A stretch of 53,009 nucleotides of DNA from an uncultured Ectothiorhodospiraceae bacterium (GCA_945787125.1 CALZHW010000006.1:1-53009); one strand, 5' to 3'; counted from the stretch's first letter, positions 1-10,491 are shown. The notes: generated by a model from the sequence alone, not told the origin. Made by a program: numbers and translations.

Positions 1-1208
1 TGATGCACTAGCGGAATTTTTCGATTGATTCCCATGGCATGGGAGATGAGGCGGGATTTTATTGGGGTGAGTTGATTGGTAATGTTTAAACCGAGATTGC
101 GCACCGTTGACAGTGCCGGGTTATTATTGGCAAATAATAAATGAAAGGCATCCATGGCTGACATCATGATCGCGTTGTCACCTTTACGGCGTCTTTCATA
201 ACGCCTGAGCACTTGGAAGCCATTAAAGTCTCGGCCTTTTTCAATGGCTGAGAGCATCTCTTCAGCTAAGGTGGCAATGTCGAGCAAACCTAAGTTGACA
301 CCTTGTCCGGCGAGCGGGTGGATAGTATGCGCGGCATCGCCAACTAACACCAGGTTCGGCTGGCAATATTTATCGGCGTGTTGTTTTTTCAAAGGGAAAG
401 CGGCCCTCGCTGCGGCGCTTTCAATAATACCCATATCGGTTTCACCAATAGCTTCTTGCAGCTCACTCATAAAGGCTTCATTTGAGAGCTTGAGTAATCG
501 ATCAGCTTCGGCGTGACTGGTCGACCAAACAATTGAGCAGTAGTCGTTATCTAAAGGCAGAAATGCGACTGGTCCCGTGGGTAAAAAACGTTGTCGCGCG
601 GTGTTGTCATGGCTGTTTTGAGTTTTGACCGTTGTTACAACGCCCTTCTGTTCGTAATCACGACTGGTGACTGAGATACCAGCCTGGTTACGCAACCAGG
701 AACGAGCACCATCAGCACCCACGATTAAGCGCGCCGATAATTTGCTACCATCAGCAAGCATCAAGCATATACCATCGTCTATCTGCGAAAGTGATTCAGC
801 GATAGCGGGCTGCAGGTAAGTGATGTTGGACTGAGCATTGAGAACATCAAATAACGCACCCAGCGTTACCCTATTTTCCACAATGTGGCCAAGCTGCGGA
901 GTGCCAATATCTTCAGCGTCAAATAAAATTTCACCACTACCGGTTGAGTCCCAAACATGCATGCGGGTAAACGGTGTAACACGTTTTTCTTGCATCTTTT
1001 GCCAAACGCCAATGTGTTGCAGAATTTGTTGTGAAGCATAAGTTATTGCACTCACCCGCATATCGTAACCGTCAATCGGCCATGTTATGTTTGGTTTTTG
1101 ATGATCCAATACGGCAATGTTTAACGTTGAATCAGCCAGGGCACAGGCTAGCGCCGCGCCGACCATGCCGCCGCCAAGGATAATCACATCAAATTGCCTA
1201 TCTTTCAC
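1..1208 (-). CDS. ubiI: FAD-dependent ubiquinone biosynthesis hydroxylase UbiI/VisC family, 3' end runs off the window
   Basis: Not in the ORF track. GTG at 1208 overlaps the ubiH stop (GTGA) and reads KDRQFDVIILGGGMVGAALACA (GxGxxG). The same frame reaches position 1 (...MGINRKIPLVH) with no stop seen. Standard position after ubiH. Confidence 0.88.
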   Translation of the reverse strand, partial: MKDRQFDVIILGGGMVGAALACALADSTLNIAVLDHQKPNITWPIDGYDMRVSAITYASQQILQHIGVWQKMQEKRVTPFTRMHVWDSTGSGEILFDAEDIGTPQLGHIVENRVTLGALFDVLNAQSNITYLQPAIAESLSQIDDGICLMLADGSKLSARLIVGADGARSWLRNQAGISVTSRDYEQKGVVTTVKTQNSHDNTARQRFLPTGPVAFLPLDNDYCSIVWSTSHAEADRLLKLSNEAFMSELQEAIGETDMGIIESAAARAAFPLKKQHADKYCQPNLVLVGDAAHTIHPLAGQGVNLGLLDIATLAEEMLSAIEKGRDFNGFQVLRRYERRRKGDNAIMMSAMDAFHLLFANNNPALSTVRNLGLNITNQLTPIKSRLISHAMGINRKIPLVH

Positions 1209-2425
1209 AACGGCAGGCCGCGCGTTATTCGGGGCAAGCGACCCGCCAAACCCATGGCGTGTTGTGCCATGGAATGTTTGATGGGTGGGATTACATCGGC
1301 AAGCAATAATCCACGGCTGCGAAGTTTCGTCAACGGGAATAAGGTATTGGAAAACACCTGCGCCAAACCATCGGTGATTCGAGCCACAGTGTTCTGGTCT
1401 TTTTTACGCGCCTTCTCATATAACGCTAATACGTCCGACGAACCAATATCACTTTGCTGCCGAAGCGCATCGGCAATCACCTCGACCAAGCTGGCAACAT
1501 CACGAACACCCAAATTAAAACCTTGACCCGCAATAGGATGCAGAGCATGAGCCGCATTGCCGATAATGACAGCACGCTGCTTGAAATGTTTATCAATTTT
1601 CATCAGTGATAAAGGGTAGCAAAAACGTTTGGACGTTTTACTAAAACCGCCCGTGCGAAAACCAAAACGTTTTTCAAGTTCATTTAAAAAATCTTTATCA
1701 TCAAGCTCCATGATACTAGCACTGGCTTGACTGGCAACGGTAAAAACTAACGAACAACGATTTTCTGTCATGGGCAGAATGGCAATAGGACCTTCTGGTG
1801 TGAAGCGTTCATAGGCGATATTATCATGCGGCTTCCCCGGTGTTACGTTACTGACGATAGCGGTTTGCTGATAGTCTTTTTTATGAACGTTAATATCCAG
1901 CAATTCTCTAACCTTGGAGTTTTCTCCATCCGCACCCACAATCAATTGGGCATTAAGTGGTATCGATTTATCTTGCTGCACAATTCTCACTTGCGCTTGA
2001 TCTTCATTAAATGATAAGTCGGTAAGTTGTGCCGGGCATATCAATGTGACATTATCATGCTGTTCTATTTGTTTTAACAATACGTTGCCAAGCACGCGAT
2101 TTTCAATGACATAACCCAACGCGTCCAACCCTTCGTCTTGCGCATTTAAACGGGTTACACCAAATTGACCTTGACTTGAGACATGAATTTTTTTAATCGG
2201 GCTTGCCGCTGCTTCCAGCTCAGACCAAACCGCTAAACTCTTGAATACTTTCTTGCTGCCATAATTGAGCGCAACACTTCTGGCGTCATAACTGGGTTGA
2301 TTGTTGGAGCGGAAAGGAAATGCTTCAATGACGGCGATTTGCAAAGGCAACTTAGCCAGTGCAACCGCCAAGGTCGCACCCACCATGCCTCCGCCAATAA
2401 TAATTACATCATAATCATGCCGCAT
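1205..2425 (-). CDS. ubiH: 2-octaprenyl-6-methoxyphenol hydroxylase UbiH
   Basis: MRHDYDVIIIGGGMVGA, YDARSVAL, GADG, GNAAHALHPIAGQGFNLG. Start at ATG 2425 preferred over the ORF-track 2515. Follows pepP. Confidence 0.93.
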   Translation of the reverse strand: MRHDYDVIIIGGGMVGATLAVALAKLPLQIAVIEAFPFRSNNQPSYDARSVALNYGSKKVFKSLAVWSELEAAASPIKKIHVSSQGQFGVTRLNAQDEGLDALGYVIENRVLGNVLLKQIEQHDNVTLICPAQLTDLSFNEDQAQVRIVQQDKSIPLNAQLIVGADGENSKVRELLDINVHKKDYQQTAIVSNVTPGKPHDNIAYERFTPEGPIAILPMTENRCSLVFTVASQASASIMELDDKDFLNELEKRFGFRTGGFSKTSKRFCYPLSLMKIDKHFKQRAVIIGNAAHALHPIAGQGFNLGVRDVASLVEVIADALRQQSDIGSSDVLALYEKARKKDQNTVARITDGLAQVFSNTLFPLTKLRSRGLLLADVIPPIKHSMAQHAMGLAGRLPRITRGLPL

Positions 2426-3731
2426 GAGGTTTGGCCATGATAGCTTCAATTTCTGCAACAGTCTTGGGGGCCTTCTTAGACAAAACATCACAGCCATCTT
2501 CGGTGACGAGCACATCGTCTTCTATGCGGATACCGATATTCCACCATTTTTTACTAGCGCCTGGTGTTTCGGCGGCAATATATAATCCGGGCTCAATAGT
2601 CAATACCATGCCCGGCTCCAGCTTACGCCACTTGCCATTGATTTTATAATCACCGACATCATGCACATCCAACCCCAGCCAGTGCCCGGTACGATGCATG
2701 TAATATTTTCGATAATTTTCATTTTTAATATTGGTTTTCAGGTCGCCACGTAACAACTTATTTTCCAGCAGACCTTTCGTCAATTCTTTAACCGCTACTT
2801 CATGCGGTTGATTCCAGTGATTGCCAGGCTTAACGGCTTTTATCGCTGCCAGCTGGGCGCGTAATACAATTTCATAAATAATTTTTTGCGCTTGAGAAAA
2901 TGTGCCATTAACTGGGAACGTTCGAGTGATATCAGAAGCGTAACAGTCGAGCTCTGCCCCTGCATCAATCAATAGTAAATCACCATCTTGCAGTGGCGCA
3001 TCATTTTCAGTGTAATGCAAAATGCAGGCATTCGCACCGCCGCCAACAATGGACGTATAAGCCGCGGGGCAACCGTACTTAGTAAAGGTGTGCACCAGCT
3101 CCGCTTCAACAACATATTCACTGATGCTTGGCCGACAAGCCTGCATAGCTTTAATGTGTGCGGCAGAAGAAATGTCGGCCGCTTTGCGCATCAGTGCAAT
3201 CTCTGCTTTGCTTTTGCGCAGACGCATTTCATGCAGAACACTATCCAGTGACAAAAATTCCTGCGGCGCCAAAATGCCGGTGCGTGCTTTCTGCCTGACT
3301 TTATTAACCCAGCCCATCAGTCGTTTATCAAAGTGTTCATCATTACCAATGGCACAATACACACGCTCGCGATTTTCCAGCAGTTGCGGCAGTATCTCCT
3401 CAATTTGATCAATCGGATAAGCTTCTTGTGCATTGTATAACTGCAGCGCACCGGCCAAACCGGCTCGTCGCCCATTCCAGGTTTCCATTAACGGATCACG
3501 CTCGCGACAAAAAAGCACATACTCTCCAGCCTTGCGTCCAGGAATAAATACGGCAACCGCCTCCGGCTCTTTAAAACCAGTCAAGTAATAAAAATCACTA
3601 TCGGCACGAAAGGGAAACTCAGCGTCCCGATTGCGAATTTTCTCCGCGGCAGTCGGGACTATCGCTACACTATTTTTACCCAGCTGCTGCAGTAATTTTT
3701 TTTGGCGCTGTTTAAATTCTCGTTGATTCAC
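2415..3731 (-). CDS. pepP: Xaa-Pro aminopeptidase
   Basis: DFYYLTGF, LIDAGAE, ASDITRT, HRTGHWLGLDVHD, EPGLY and GIRIEDDV motifs of M24B peptidases; ygfB-pepP-ubiH synteny. Confidence 0.96.
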   Translation of the reverse strand: MNQREFKQRQKKLLQQLGKNSVAIVPTAAEKIRNRDAEFPFRADSDFYYLTGFKEPEAVAVFIPGRKAGEYVLFCRERDPLMETWNGRRAGLAGALQLYNAQEAYPIDQIEEILPQLLENRERVYCAIGNDEHFDKRLMGWVNKVRQKARTGILAPQEFLSLDSVLHEMRLRKSKAEIALMRKAADISSAAHIKAMQACRPSISEYVVEAELVHTFTKYGCPAAYTSIVGGGANACILHYTENDAPLQDGDLLLIDAGAELDCYASDITRTFPVNGTFSQAQKIIYEIVLRAQLAAIKAVKPGNHWNQPHEVAVKELTKGLLENKLLRGDLKTNIKNENYRKYYMHRTGHWLGLDVHDVGDYKINGKWRKLEPGMVLTIEPGLYIAAETPGASKKWWNIGIRIEDDVLVTEDGCDVLSKKAPKTVAEIEAIMAKPHAA

Positions 3732-3736
3732 GTTTT

Positions 3737-4309
3737 TTAATGAAATGTAATGGTTGATGTCGTTGAAGGCGTATCAACATTAAGCGTATTATAGACAACA
3801 TAAGCACCGATGCGGATGTATTCAAATATTTCGGCAAATGCTTCTTCGTTTTCGTTCTCATCATCTTCCGAATTATATCCAGCTTTACTGATATCTATCA
3901 TATCTTGCAATACTTCGCTCGCATCCTGCGGTAGCTTCTTGATGTCTTTCAAACCCGATAGGCTAAGTCCATATAAGAAACCTTGACACCAATGACCCAA
4001 GTCGTCTATCCGAATATCCAGTGGAGTATCGTCATCGTGAATGAGGATGTCGAGCTCGTAGTTTTGTTCCGTCAGATCTTTTAGCGCCTCATTATGCACA
4101 TCAGCCAAGAGACTAATGGCTGACTTTATGTTTAAATCTTGTGCATCGTAGTCACCAAGGATATGCGACAACCAGTTTTCCGGCGTGATCTTGCCACTCA
4201 CGCAAATCATTCCACACAGCGTTCCGTGGGCTTCCGAAGGATCAGTAATTGCGTCAGCATCCATCAATGCATTCTCAACCAACTCATAAGATAATTTTGC
4301 GTTAGACAT
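3737..4309 (-). CDS. ygfB: UPF0149 family protein YgfB
   Basis: SEAHGTLCG, WCQGFLYG, EIFEYIR; directly upstream of pepP. Confidence 0.9.
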   Translation of the reverse strand: MSNAKLSYELVENALMDADAITDPSEAHGTLCGMICVSGKITPENWLSHILGDYDAQDLNIKSAISLLADVHNEALKDLTEQNYELDILIHDDDTPLDIRIDDLGHWCQGFLYGLSLSGLKDIKKLPQDASEVLQDMIDISKAGYNSEDDENENEEAFAEIFEYIRIGAYVVYNTLNVDTPSTTSTITFH

Positions 4310-4658
4310 TAAAAACTCTCAAGTAAATAGCTTGGTAACCTAAAAAAGCAACGTTATGTGATCCGTTGCGTAGATTAAATTCAAGCCCAAAAAACGGCAT
4401 GTTTAGCGCTACAATTGTAACCGCATTATTCACTGATTGGCAGCATTTTCCCGGCCTATTTAATAGAATCTCCTGTTCTCATGTCAAATTCCATATAATT
4501 TCTAGCAGTCATCGCTTATCTTTAAAGCAATATAAAAAGTCGCTTTTGCTTATCTTTAAAGCATGCTAGCATTTACTCTATCTGCGCCCGGTCAACCTTA
4601 TGTAAGTCTTATTTAAGTGCGCAACAAAATCTTATCCAGTGGGATCAAGGGTTATGGG

Positions 4659-4898
4659 ATGAATAAATTCGATTCTGATAATTATGTTGCTCAAGAGTTT
4701 GATAATTTCGAAGAAAGCCTGCTCGCGTTATTGCACCTGGTTGAGCAACTAAAAGCCGAAAATACCGCTCTTCGTGCAAAACAAAGCATATTACTTGAAG
4801 CCCACAACGCGCTTTCAGACAAAAACGCGCTGGCTCGCAGAAAAGTCACCTCTATTCTAACCCGCTTGAAGAGTATGGAAACAGAGGCTGTAACATAA
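4659..4898 (+). CDS. Short coiled-coil protein upstream of zapA (ZapB-like / TIGR02449-like)
   Basis: Heptad-rich LKAENTALR...KNALARRKV...RLKSME; TAATG overlap with zapA. Confidence 0.75.
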   Translation: MNKFDSDNYVAQEFDNFEESLLALLHLVEQLKAENTALRAKQSILLEAHNALSDKNALARRKVTSILTRLKSMETEAVT

Positions 4899-5209
4899 TG
4901 GATCAACCCACACCTGTCAGCGTTGAAATATTGGGCAAAGAGTACCTAATATCTTGCCCGGAAAGCGAAAAAGAAGCGCTGTTAGCGGCCGCGCGTTACC
5001 TCGATGAAAAAATGCGCGATGTCAAAGAGTCCGGCAAAATCATCGGCACAGAAAGAATTTCAGTGGTTGCTGCACTTAATATCTCCCATGAATTACTCCA
5101 GCATAAGTTCACTGACCATCATAATGAAAAACAGGTTCGTGAAAGATTGCAGAATTTACAAAAAAGAATCACAAGAACACTGGACGATACCCCTCAATTA
5201 CCGATATAG
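4898..5209 (+). CDS. zapA: Cell division protein ZapA
   Basis: VEILGKEY..CP, AARYLDEKMR, ERISVVAALNISHE; upstream of 6S RNA. Confidence 0.93.
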   Translation: MDQPTPVSVEILGKEYLISCPESEKEALLAAARYLDEKMRDVKESGKIIGTERISVVAALNISHELLQHKFTDHHNEKQVRERLQNLQKRITRTLDDTPQLPI

Positions 5210-5221
5210 TCTACATGTAGG

Positions 5222-5403
5222 TGTTCTCTGCTGTGTTCGTGATGCTTGATTAATTTCTTGAGCCGATAATACCAGCCTTGGAGGCTAACCCCTGGTGATG
5301 TGTGCATGTCCGCTAGTCGGAAAGCCTGATTTGCCAGTTATTGTCTCCACTTGAACCGTCGGGTTCGAGGAGGACCGAGATCAGCGGCACGAGCGGAGAA
5401 CGC
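5222..5403 (+). ncRNA. ssrS: 6S RNA (ends approximate)
   Basis: Lies between zapA and ygfA. The 5' GTAGGTGTTCTCTGCT pairs with the 3' AGCGGAGAACGCCTAC. Contains TTGAGCCGATA and CTTGAACC-GGGTTCGAGG segments typical of gammaproteobacterial 6S RNA. Confidence 0.9.
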
Positions 5404-5446
5404 CTACTTTATTCACTATCCCATCAAAACGTTTGTTGATAAGTTT

Positions 5447-6046
5447 TTGATCACCAAAAAATCCATTCGCCAAAAAATCAGAGCACAACGACGCCAACTG
5501 ACAGCCATTCAGCGCCAAAGTGCTGGGCTTGAAGTATTACGCCAGTTGCGCCGACTGCCTGGCTTTTTGACCTGCAAGAAAATCGGTGCGTATATTGCCA
5601 ACGATGGGGAACTGCCACTAGATTATGTCGTGGATTTTTTTTGGGAAAGAAAAAAAAACAGTTATTTACCTGCGCTGTTTGGCAAAAATACACGTTTGAT
5701 GCATTTTGGCCATTTTTCAAAAAATAGCCAATTCACGCTGAATCGATACGGCATCCCTGAACCCAGCAGCCACATTCGGCGCCAACTAAAACCCCAGCAG
5801 CTAGACCTAGTTCTACTACCCCTTGTCGCCTTTGATGCAAATGGCAATCGCCTTGGTATGGGCGGCGGTTTTTATGATAAAACATTTGCCTACCTCAGAC
5901 GCAGGACAAACTGGCGCAAACCCAAGCTCATTGGGATTGCCTATGATTTTCAAGAAGCCGAACATTTACCCAGCGAACCGTGGGATGTGCCTTTGGACTA
6001 TATAGTGACGCAATCTCGAATAATTAAACCTAATATCCGTAGTTGA
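5447..6046 (+). CDS. ygfA: 5-formyltetrahydrofolate cyclo-ligase
   Basis: NRYGIPEP, LPLVAFD..GNRLGMGGGFYD, WDVPLD. Start moved to TTG 5447 because the ORF-track start lies inside 6S RNA. Confidence 0.92.
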   Translation: MITKKSIRQKIRAQRRQLTAIQRQSAGLEVLRQLRRLPGFLTCKKIGAYIANDGELPLDYVVDFFWERKKNSYLPALFGKNTRLMHFGHFSKNSQFTLNRYGIPEPSSHIRRQLKPQQLDLVLLPLVAFDANGNRLGMGGGFYDKTFAYLRRRTNWRKPKLIGIAYDFQEAEHLPSEPWDVPLDYIVTQSRIIKPNIRS

Positions 6047-6078
6047 GCGGCCTGTAGTGTGCGTCATTTTGTGCTGAA

Positions 6079-6137
6079 TTGCTATATGAAATACTTCCCA
6101 AATGGCTGTTCCCTTTGGGAAGTATTTCATATAGCAA
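6079..6137. repeat. Perfect 24-bp inverted repeat with an 11-nt loop
   Basis: TTGCTATATGAAATACTTCCCAAA (6079-6102) / TTTGGGAAGTATTTCATATAGCAA (6114-6137). Confidence 0.95.
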
Positions 6138-6241
6138 AGCAGTGCAAGAGGGCGTGCAATACAGGTTGCAGTGACTCACCAAAAGGGTAAACTACGGCGC
6201 AGTTGATATTTTTATTAAATTCATAATATTATATTGACCGA

Positions 6242-6411
6242 TAAACCTAGATTAATCACTTGAACCACGATTTTTAGCACAAGCTCTTGATGCACCTAGC
6301 AAATTCAAAAATATGCAGATCACCAATAAGGTGACCATGCAATTCTTGAATTCACTATGCACTTCAATATCTTGCACTAAAAATTCGCGCCAACTGATTA
6401 TTCTAGGTTTA
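6242..6411. mobile_element. 170-bp fold-back MITE (TAAACCTAG...CTAGGTTTA)
   Basis: Imperfect palindrome along its whole length; ends related to those at 24677 and 28111. Confidence 0.75.
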
Positions 6412-6452
6412 ACGTTCAACTGCGGAATCTAGGTTAAAGTAGTGAGAAAATA

Positions 6453-6905
6453 ATGCAATATTGGTTAATGAAATCAGAGCCCGATGCCTTTAGCATTGAT
6501 GATCTTCAACGCGTAAAAATTGAACCCTGGGATGGCGTGAGAAATTACCAGGCGCGCAATATGATGCGCGATCAAATGAAAAAAGGTGACCAGATCTTTT
6601 TTTACCATTCCAATTGTGATGTGCCGGGCATAGTGGGCATTATGCAAGTCGAAAAACCAGGCTATCTGGATCATACCGCGTTTGATCCTGAGGCAAAATA
6701 TTATGACCCAAAAAGCAAAGAAGACAATCCTCGCTGGTACATGGTTGATGTTAAATTTGTTAAAAAACTTAAACGCACCATTAGCCTGGCAGAACTGAAA
6801 GAACAGCAACCCCTGGAAGAGATGGCGCTGGTTAGAAAAGGTAATCGCTTATCGATTATGCCCGTTGAAAAACCTCAATGGGATTACATTCTTTCCTTGT
6901 TATGA
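6453..6905 (+). CDS. EVE domain-containing protein
   Basis: MQYWLMKSEP, WDGVRNYQARN, FFYHS, RLSIMPV. Confidence 0.93.
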   Translation: MQYWLMKSEPDAFSIDDLQRVKIEPWDGVRNYQARNMMRDQMKKGDQIFFYHSNCDVPGIVGIMQVEKPGYLDHTAFDPEAKYYDPKSKEDNPRWYMVDVKFVKKLKRTISLAELKEQQPLEEMALVRKGNRLSIMPVEKPQWDYILSLL

Positions 6906-7819
6906 CAACGAAATTTTTTCCCGAAAATGAGCCATTAATGATGAACTGGGAGCCCATTGAGCAAGCCATCAGCGACGCAGAAAATACACGCTTTCAGGTA
7001 GAGAAATCGCAGCCGGTTAGCGGCGGCAGCATTAATTCGGCATACCTGATTGAAGGCTGCAAGCAACAATATTTCGTAAAAACAAACACCGCAAAAAACA
7101 TCGATATGTTTGCTGCCGAAATCGAGGGTTTGCACACACTCTCTGCGGCAAAAGCGATTAAAGTACCACAGCCGATTTGCTGCGGCGCGCAAGGCAGCAT
7201 CAGTTTTATCGTGTTGGAATATGTGTCACTGACCCATGGCAATCAAAGCTCTGCTGAGGATTTTGGTCAGCAGTTAGCCGCCTTACATAAAGTGACAAAT
7301 TCGCAATTCGGCTGGCATCGCAGCAATACCATTGGTTCGACAGAGCAAATGAACAAACCCAGTAAAAATTGGCTCGATTTTTATCGGCAAAACCGATTGG
7401 TATTTCAAATTACCTTGGCGATAAAACAAGGACACAGCGGCCAACTGCAAAAACTCGGGGGTAAAATTTGCGATAATTTGGCATCGTTTTTTGAGACTTA
7501 CGACCCTCAGCCCAGTTTATTGCACGGTGATTTATGGTCAGGCAATTATGCCTATGACATCGCTGGCCGCCCGGTGATTTTTGACCCAGCCGTATATTAC
7601 GGCGATCGGGAAACGGACTTGGCCATGACTGAACTTTTCGGCGGTTTTCCGGCGGACTTCTATCGCGCTTATCACGCGGCGTACCCTCTGGATGATGGTT
7701 ACAGCGTCAGAAAAAATCTGTATAAGCTTTACCATGTTCTCAATCATTTGAATCTATTTGGCGGCAGCTATTATGCGCAATCAATCTCGCTAATGCAGTG
7801 TTTGCTGGCGGAAATTTAA
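6902..7819 (+). CDS. Fructosamine kinase family protein
   Basis: GGSINSA, YFVK, PSLLHGDLWSGN, FDPAVYYGDRETDLAM, LYHVLNHLNLFG. ATGA overlap with the EVE gene; start uncertain. Confidence 0.9.
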   Translation: MTTKFFPENEPLMMNWEPIEQAISDAENTRFQVEKSQPVSGGSINSAYLIEGCKQQYFVKTNTAKNIDMFAAEIEGLHTLSAAKAIKVPQPICCGAQGSISFIVLEYVSLTHGNQSSAEDFGQQLAALHKVTNSQFGWHRSNTIGSTEQMNKPSKNWLDFYRQNRLVFQITLAIKQGHSGQLQKLGGKICDNLASFFETYDPQPSLLHGDLWSGNYAYDIAGRPVIFDPAVYYGDRETDLAMTELFGGFPADFYRAYHAAYPLDDGYSVRKNLYKLYHVLNHLNLFGGSYYAQSISLMQCLLAEI

Positions 7820-7857
7820 TCATTAACTCTCAATACATCGACACCATCGCCACGCTA

Positions 7858-8016
7858 GGAGCCTGTCCGAGAATGGGAGCCGTCGCGAGGGAAAGTTATT
7901 TTAGAGCAGTTTTTTCGTTCATTTGAGGCGAATAGTTATTCTATTCAACGAAAATGAACGGAAAAAATGGTCAAAATAACAATCCGCAGTAGGTTCTCCA
8001 TTCTCGGACAGGCTCC
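7858..8016. mobile_element. 159-bp MITE, GGAGCCTGTCCGAGAATGG family (IS5-like ends)
   Basis: Perfect 19-bp TIRs, both ends in a CTAG context, central AATAG-n5-CTATT. A second copy lies inverted at 30159-30365. Confidence 0.88.
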
Positions 8017-8124
8017 TAGCAGCTATGGAACGCAATTTATTGATGTTTTTAGTTCCGCCCAACGCTTAAATCAAGTAAAATCGCGCAATTAATGCGCCCC
8101 AAACTATCACGAAAACAGGTAAAT

Positions 8125-9483
8125 ATGAGTAAAAAAGTCTACATCAAAACCCACGGCTGCCAAATGAATGAGTATGACTCATCAAAAATGGTAGATGTTC
8201 TGCATGATTCACATGCCATGCAGCGAGTGCAAACGCCGGAAGAAGCCGATGTTCTGCTGCTAAATACCTGCTCTATTCGTGAAAAAGCCCAGGAAAAAGT
8301 CTTCTCCGAGCTGGGTCGCTGGCGGGAATTGAAAGCAAAAAATCCGGCGCTGGTAATCGGTGTGGGTGGCTGCGTTGCAAGCCAGGAAGGCGCAGCAATT
8401 CGCGAGCGCGCACCCTATGTTGATATGGTTTTCGGCCCGCAAACCTTACATCGCCTGCCTGAAATGTTCGACTCCGTACAGAAAAAAAACATCCCCGTGA
8501 TGGATATCTCCTTTCCGGAAATTGAAAAATTTGACCGTTTGCCAGAACCTAAAGCTGACGGCCCCAGCGCATTTGTTTCCATAATGGAAGGCTGCAGCAA
8601 ATATTGCACTTTTTGCGTAGTGCCTTATACACGTGGCGAAGAAATCAGTCGCCCGTTCGATGATGTGTTAAACGAAGTTGCACAACTGGCAAAACAAGGT
8701 GTGCGCGAAGTGAATTTATTGGGGCAAAATGTCAACGCCTATCGCGGTCTGACCCACGATGGCGAAATTAATGACCTCGGTTTGCTGATTCACTATGTTG
8801 CCGCAATTGAAGGTATCGAGCGTATCCGCTTTACTACCTCACATCCGGTTGAAATGAGTGACAGTCTTATTCAAGCATTTGCCGAAGTGCCCGAGTTGGT
8901 TAGCCACTTGCACCTGCCCGTACAAAGTGGTTCAGATAAAATACTCAGCTTAATGAAACGTGGCCATACCGCGTTGGAATACAAATCTAAAATCCGTCGG
9001 CTGCGCGAGGCCCGCCCTGATTTAAGTTTATCTTCGGATTTTATTATTGGCTTTCCCGGCGAGACCGATGCTGACTTTGAAGCCACCATGAATCTCATTG
9101 CTGACATTGGCTTTGACCATTCTTTCAGCTTCATTTACAGCACCCGACCGGGTACACCCGCCGCCTCAATGCCTGATGACGTAAGCCTAAGCACCAAGAA
9201 AGAACGTTTGTCAATTTTACAACAAAGAATAAATCAAAAAGCTTTTGAAATCAGTCAAAACATGATTGGCACACAACAAAAAATCCTGATTGAGCGCTTA
9301 TCAAAAAAAGATGACAAACAAATCGCGGGGCGCACTGAAAATAATCGCGTAGTTAACATTGACGGCACACCTGACATGATAGGGCAATTTGTTGACGTAT
9401 TAATTACCGAAGCTTTGCCAAATTCATTGAGAGGAACCGTGATAAACAACGATACCCACAATCTAACCGCAAACAGAGCTTAA
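8125..9483 (+). CDS. miaB: tRNA-2-methylthio-N6-dimethylallyladenosine synthase MiaB
   Basis: [18 protein letters not shown], radical SAM motif CSKYCTFC, C-terminal TRAM domain. Confidence 0.97.
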   Translation: MSKKVYIKTHGCQMNEYDSSKMVDVLHDSHAMQRVQTPEEADVLLLNTCSIREKAQEKVFSELGRWRELKAKNPALVIGVGGCVASQEGAAIRERAPYVDMVFGPQTLHRLPEMFDSVQKKNIPVMDISFPEIEKFDRLPEPKADGPSAFVSIMEGCSKYCTFCVVPYTRGEEISRPFDDVLNEVAQLAKQGVREVNLLGQNVNAYRGLTHDGEINDLGLLIHYVAAIEGIERIRFTTSHPVEMSDSLIQAFAEVPELVSHLHLPVQSGSDKILSLMKRGHTALEYKSKIRRLREARPDLSLSSDFIIGFPGETDADFEATMNLIADIGFDHSFSFIYSTRPGTPAASMPDDVSLSTKKERLSILQQRINQKAFEISQNMIGTQQKILIERLSKKDDKQIAGRTENNRVVNIDGTPDMIGQFVDVLITEALPNSLRGTVINNDTHNLTANRA

Positions 9484-9490
9484 ATTATAC

Positions 9491-10489
9491 GTGACAGAAA
9501 CCTACCCCTTACCTGAAAACGATAATGACGCCTTCACAAGCGTTTTTCAGTTACAACCTGAAGACAATCAGCGACTAGCTAATCTAAGTGGACAATTTGA
9601 TGAACATCTCGGGCAAATCGAGAAACGCCTCAATGTCGTGATCAATCACCGTGGCACACAATTTCAAGTGGTTGGTTCTCAGTTTGCGGTACAAAAAGCT
9701 GAAGCGGTACTGAAAGCATTATATAACGATGCTGAGCAACAAATTTCAGCGCAAAAATTGCAATTATTTTTACAAGAGTCCGGTGTAGAAACGCTTTTGC
9801 AAGGCAGTCCTGAAAATAACGCCGAACTGATCAAAATAAAATTACGTAATAAAATCATCAAAGCGCGCGGTGCCAACCAGGTTCAATATATCAATCAAAT
9901 GCAAACGCATGACATCAACTTTGGCATTGGCCCTGCGGGCACCGGCAAGACATACCTAGCCGTGGCGATGGCAGTAAAAGCGCTGGAAGAAGATCAAGTG
10001 CGCCGTTTGATTCTTGCCAGACCCGCCGTTGAAGCCGGCGAGAATCTGGGTTTTTTACCCGGTGATTTATCGCAAAAAATCGACCCGTATTTACGCCCGC
10101 TCTATGACGCTTTATATGAAATGCTGGGTTTCGATTATGTCGCCAAATTAATTGAAAAAAATATTATTGAAGTGGCACCCTTGGCTTTTATGCGCGGTAG
10201 AACACTGAACGAAGCCTTTGTTATTTTAGACGAAGCACAAAACACCACAAAAGAACAGATGAAAATGTTTCTCACCCGCCTAGGTTATGGATCTAAAGCT
10301 ATCGTCACGGGTGACATGACACAAACCGACTTGCCCAGCAAAACCCACTCCGGCCTACATCACGTAGTCAACATACTCAATGATATAGAAGGTGTTAGTT
10401 TTACATTTTTCAATCAAAAAGATGTCGTAAGACACCCGCTAGTACAGCGCATTGTTGGAGCCTATGAAAAACACGAGGCTAAAAATTAA
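9491..10489 (+). CDS. ybeZ: PhoH-like ATPase YbeZ
   Basis: GPAGTGKT, RPAVEAGENLGFLPGDL, FMRGRTL, DEAQN; miaB-ybeZ-ybeY synteny. Confidence 0.94.
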   Translation: MTETYPLPENDNDAFTSVFQLQPEDNQRLANLSGQFDEHLGQIEKRLNVVINHRGTQFQVVGSQFAVQKAEAVLKALYNDAEQQISAQKLQLFLQESGVETLLQGSPENNAELIKIKLRNKIIKARGANQVQYINQMQTHDINFGIGPAGTGKTYLAVAMAVKALEEDQVRRLILARPAVEAGENLGFLPGDLSQKIDPYLRPLYDALYEMLGFDYVAKLIEKNIIEVAPLAFMRGRTLNEAFVILDEAQNTTKEQMKMFLTRLGYGSKAIVTGDMTQTDLPSKTHSGLHHVVNILNDIEGVSFTFFNQKDVVRHPLVQRIVGAYEKHEAKN

Positions 10490-10491
10490 TT

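Larger units (their letters stand above)
6025..6436. mobile_element. Composite palindromic MITE, ACCTA(G/A)-ended family, with nested elements
   Basis: Imperfect TIRs TAAACCTAATATCCGTAGTTGAGCG (6025) and CGTTCAACTGCGGAATCTAGGTTA (6413-6436). Encloses a long hairpin (6047-6169) and an inner MITE (6242-6411). Confidence 0.65.

Noticed and set aside
2426-2515. N-terminal extension of ubiH
   Set aside because: It lies inside pepP; the Rossmann motif begins right after ATG 2425.
5351-5446. N-terminal extension of the ygfA ORF in the track
   Set aside because: It overlaps the 3' half of 6S RNA; family similarity starts at about KKSIRQ.
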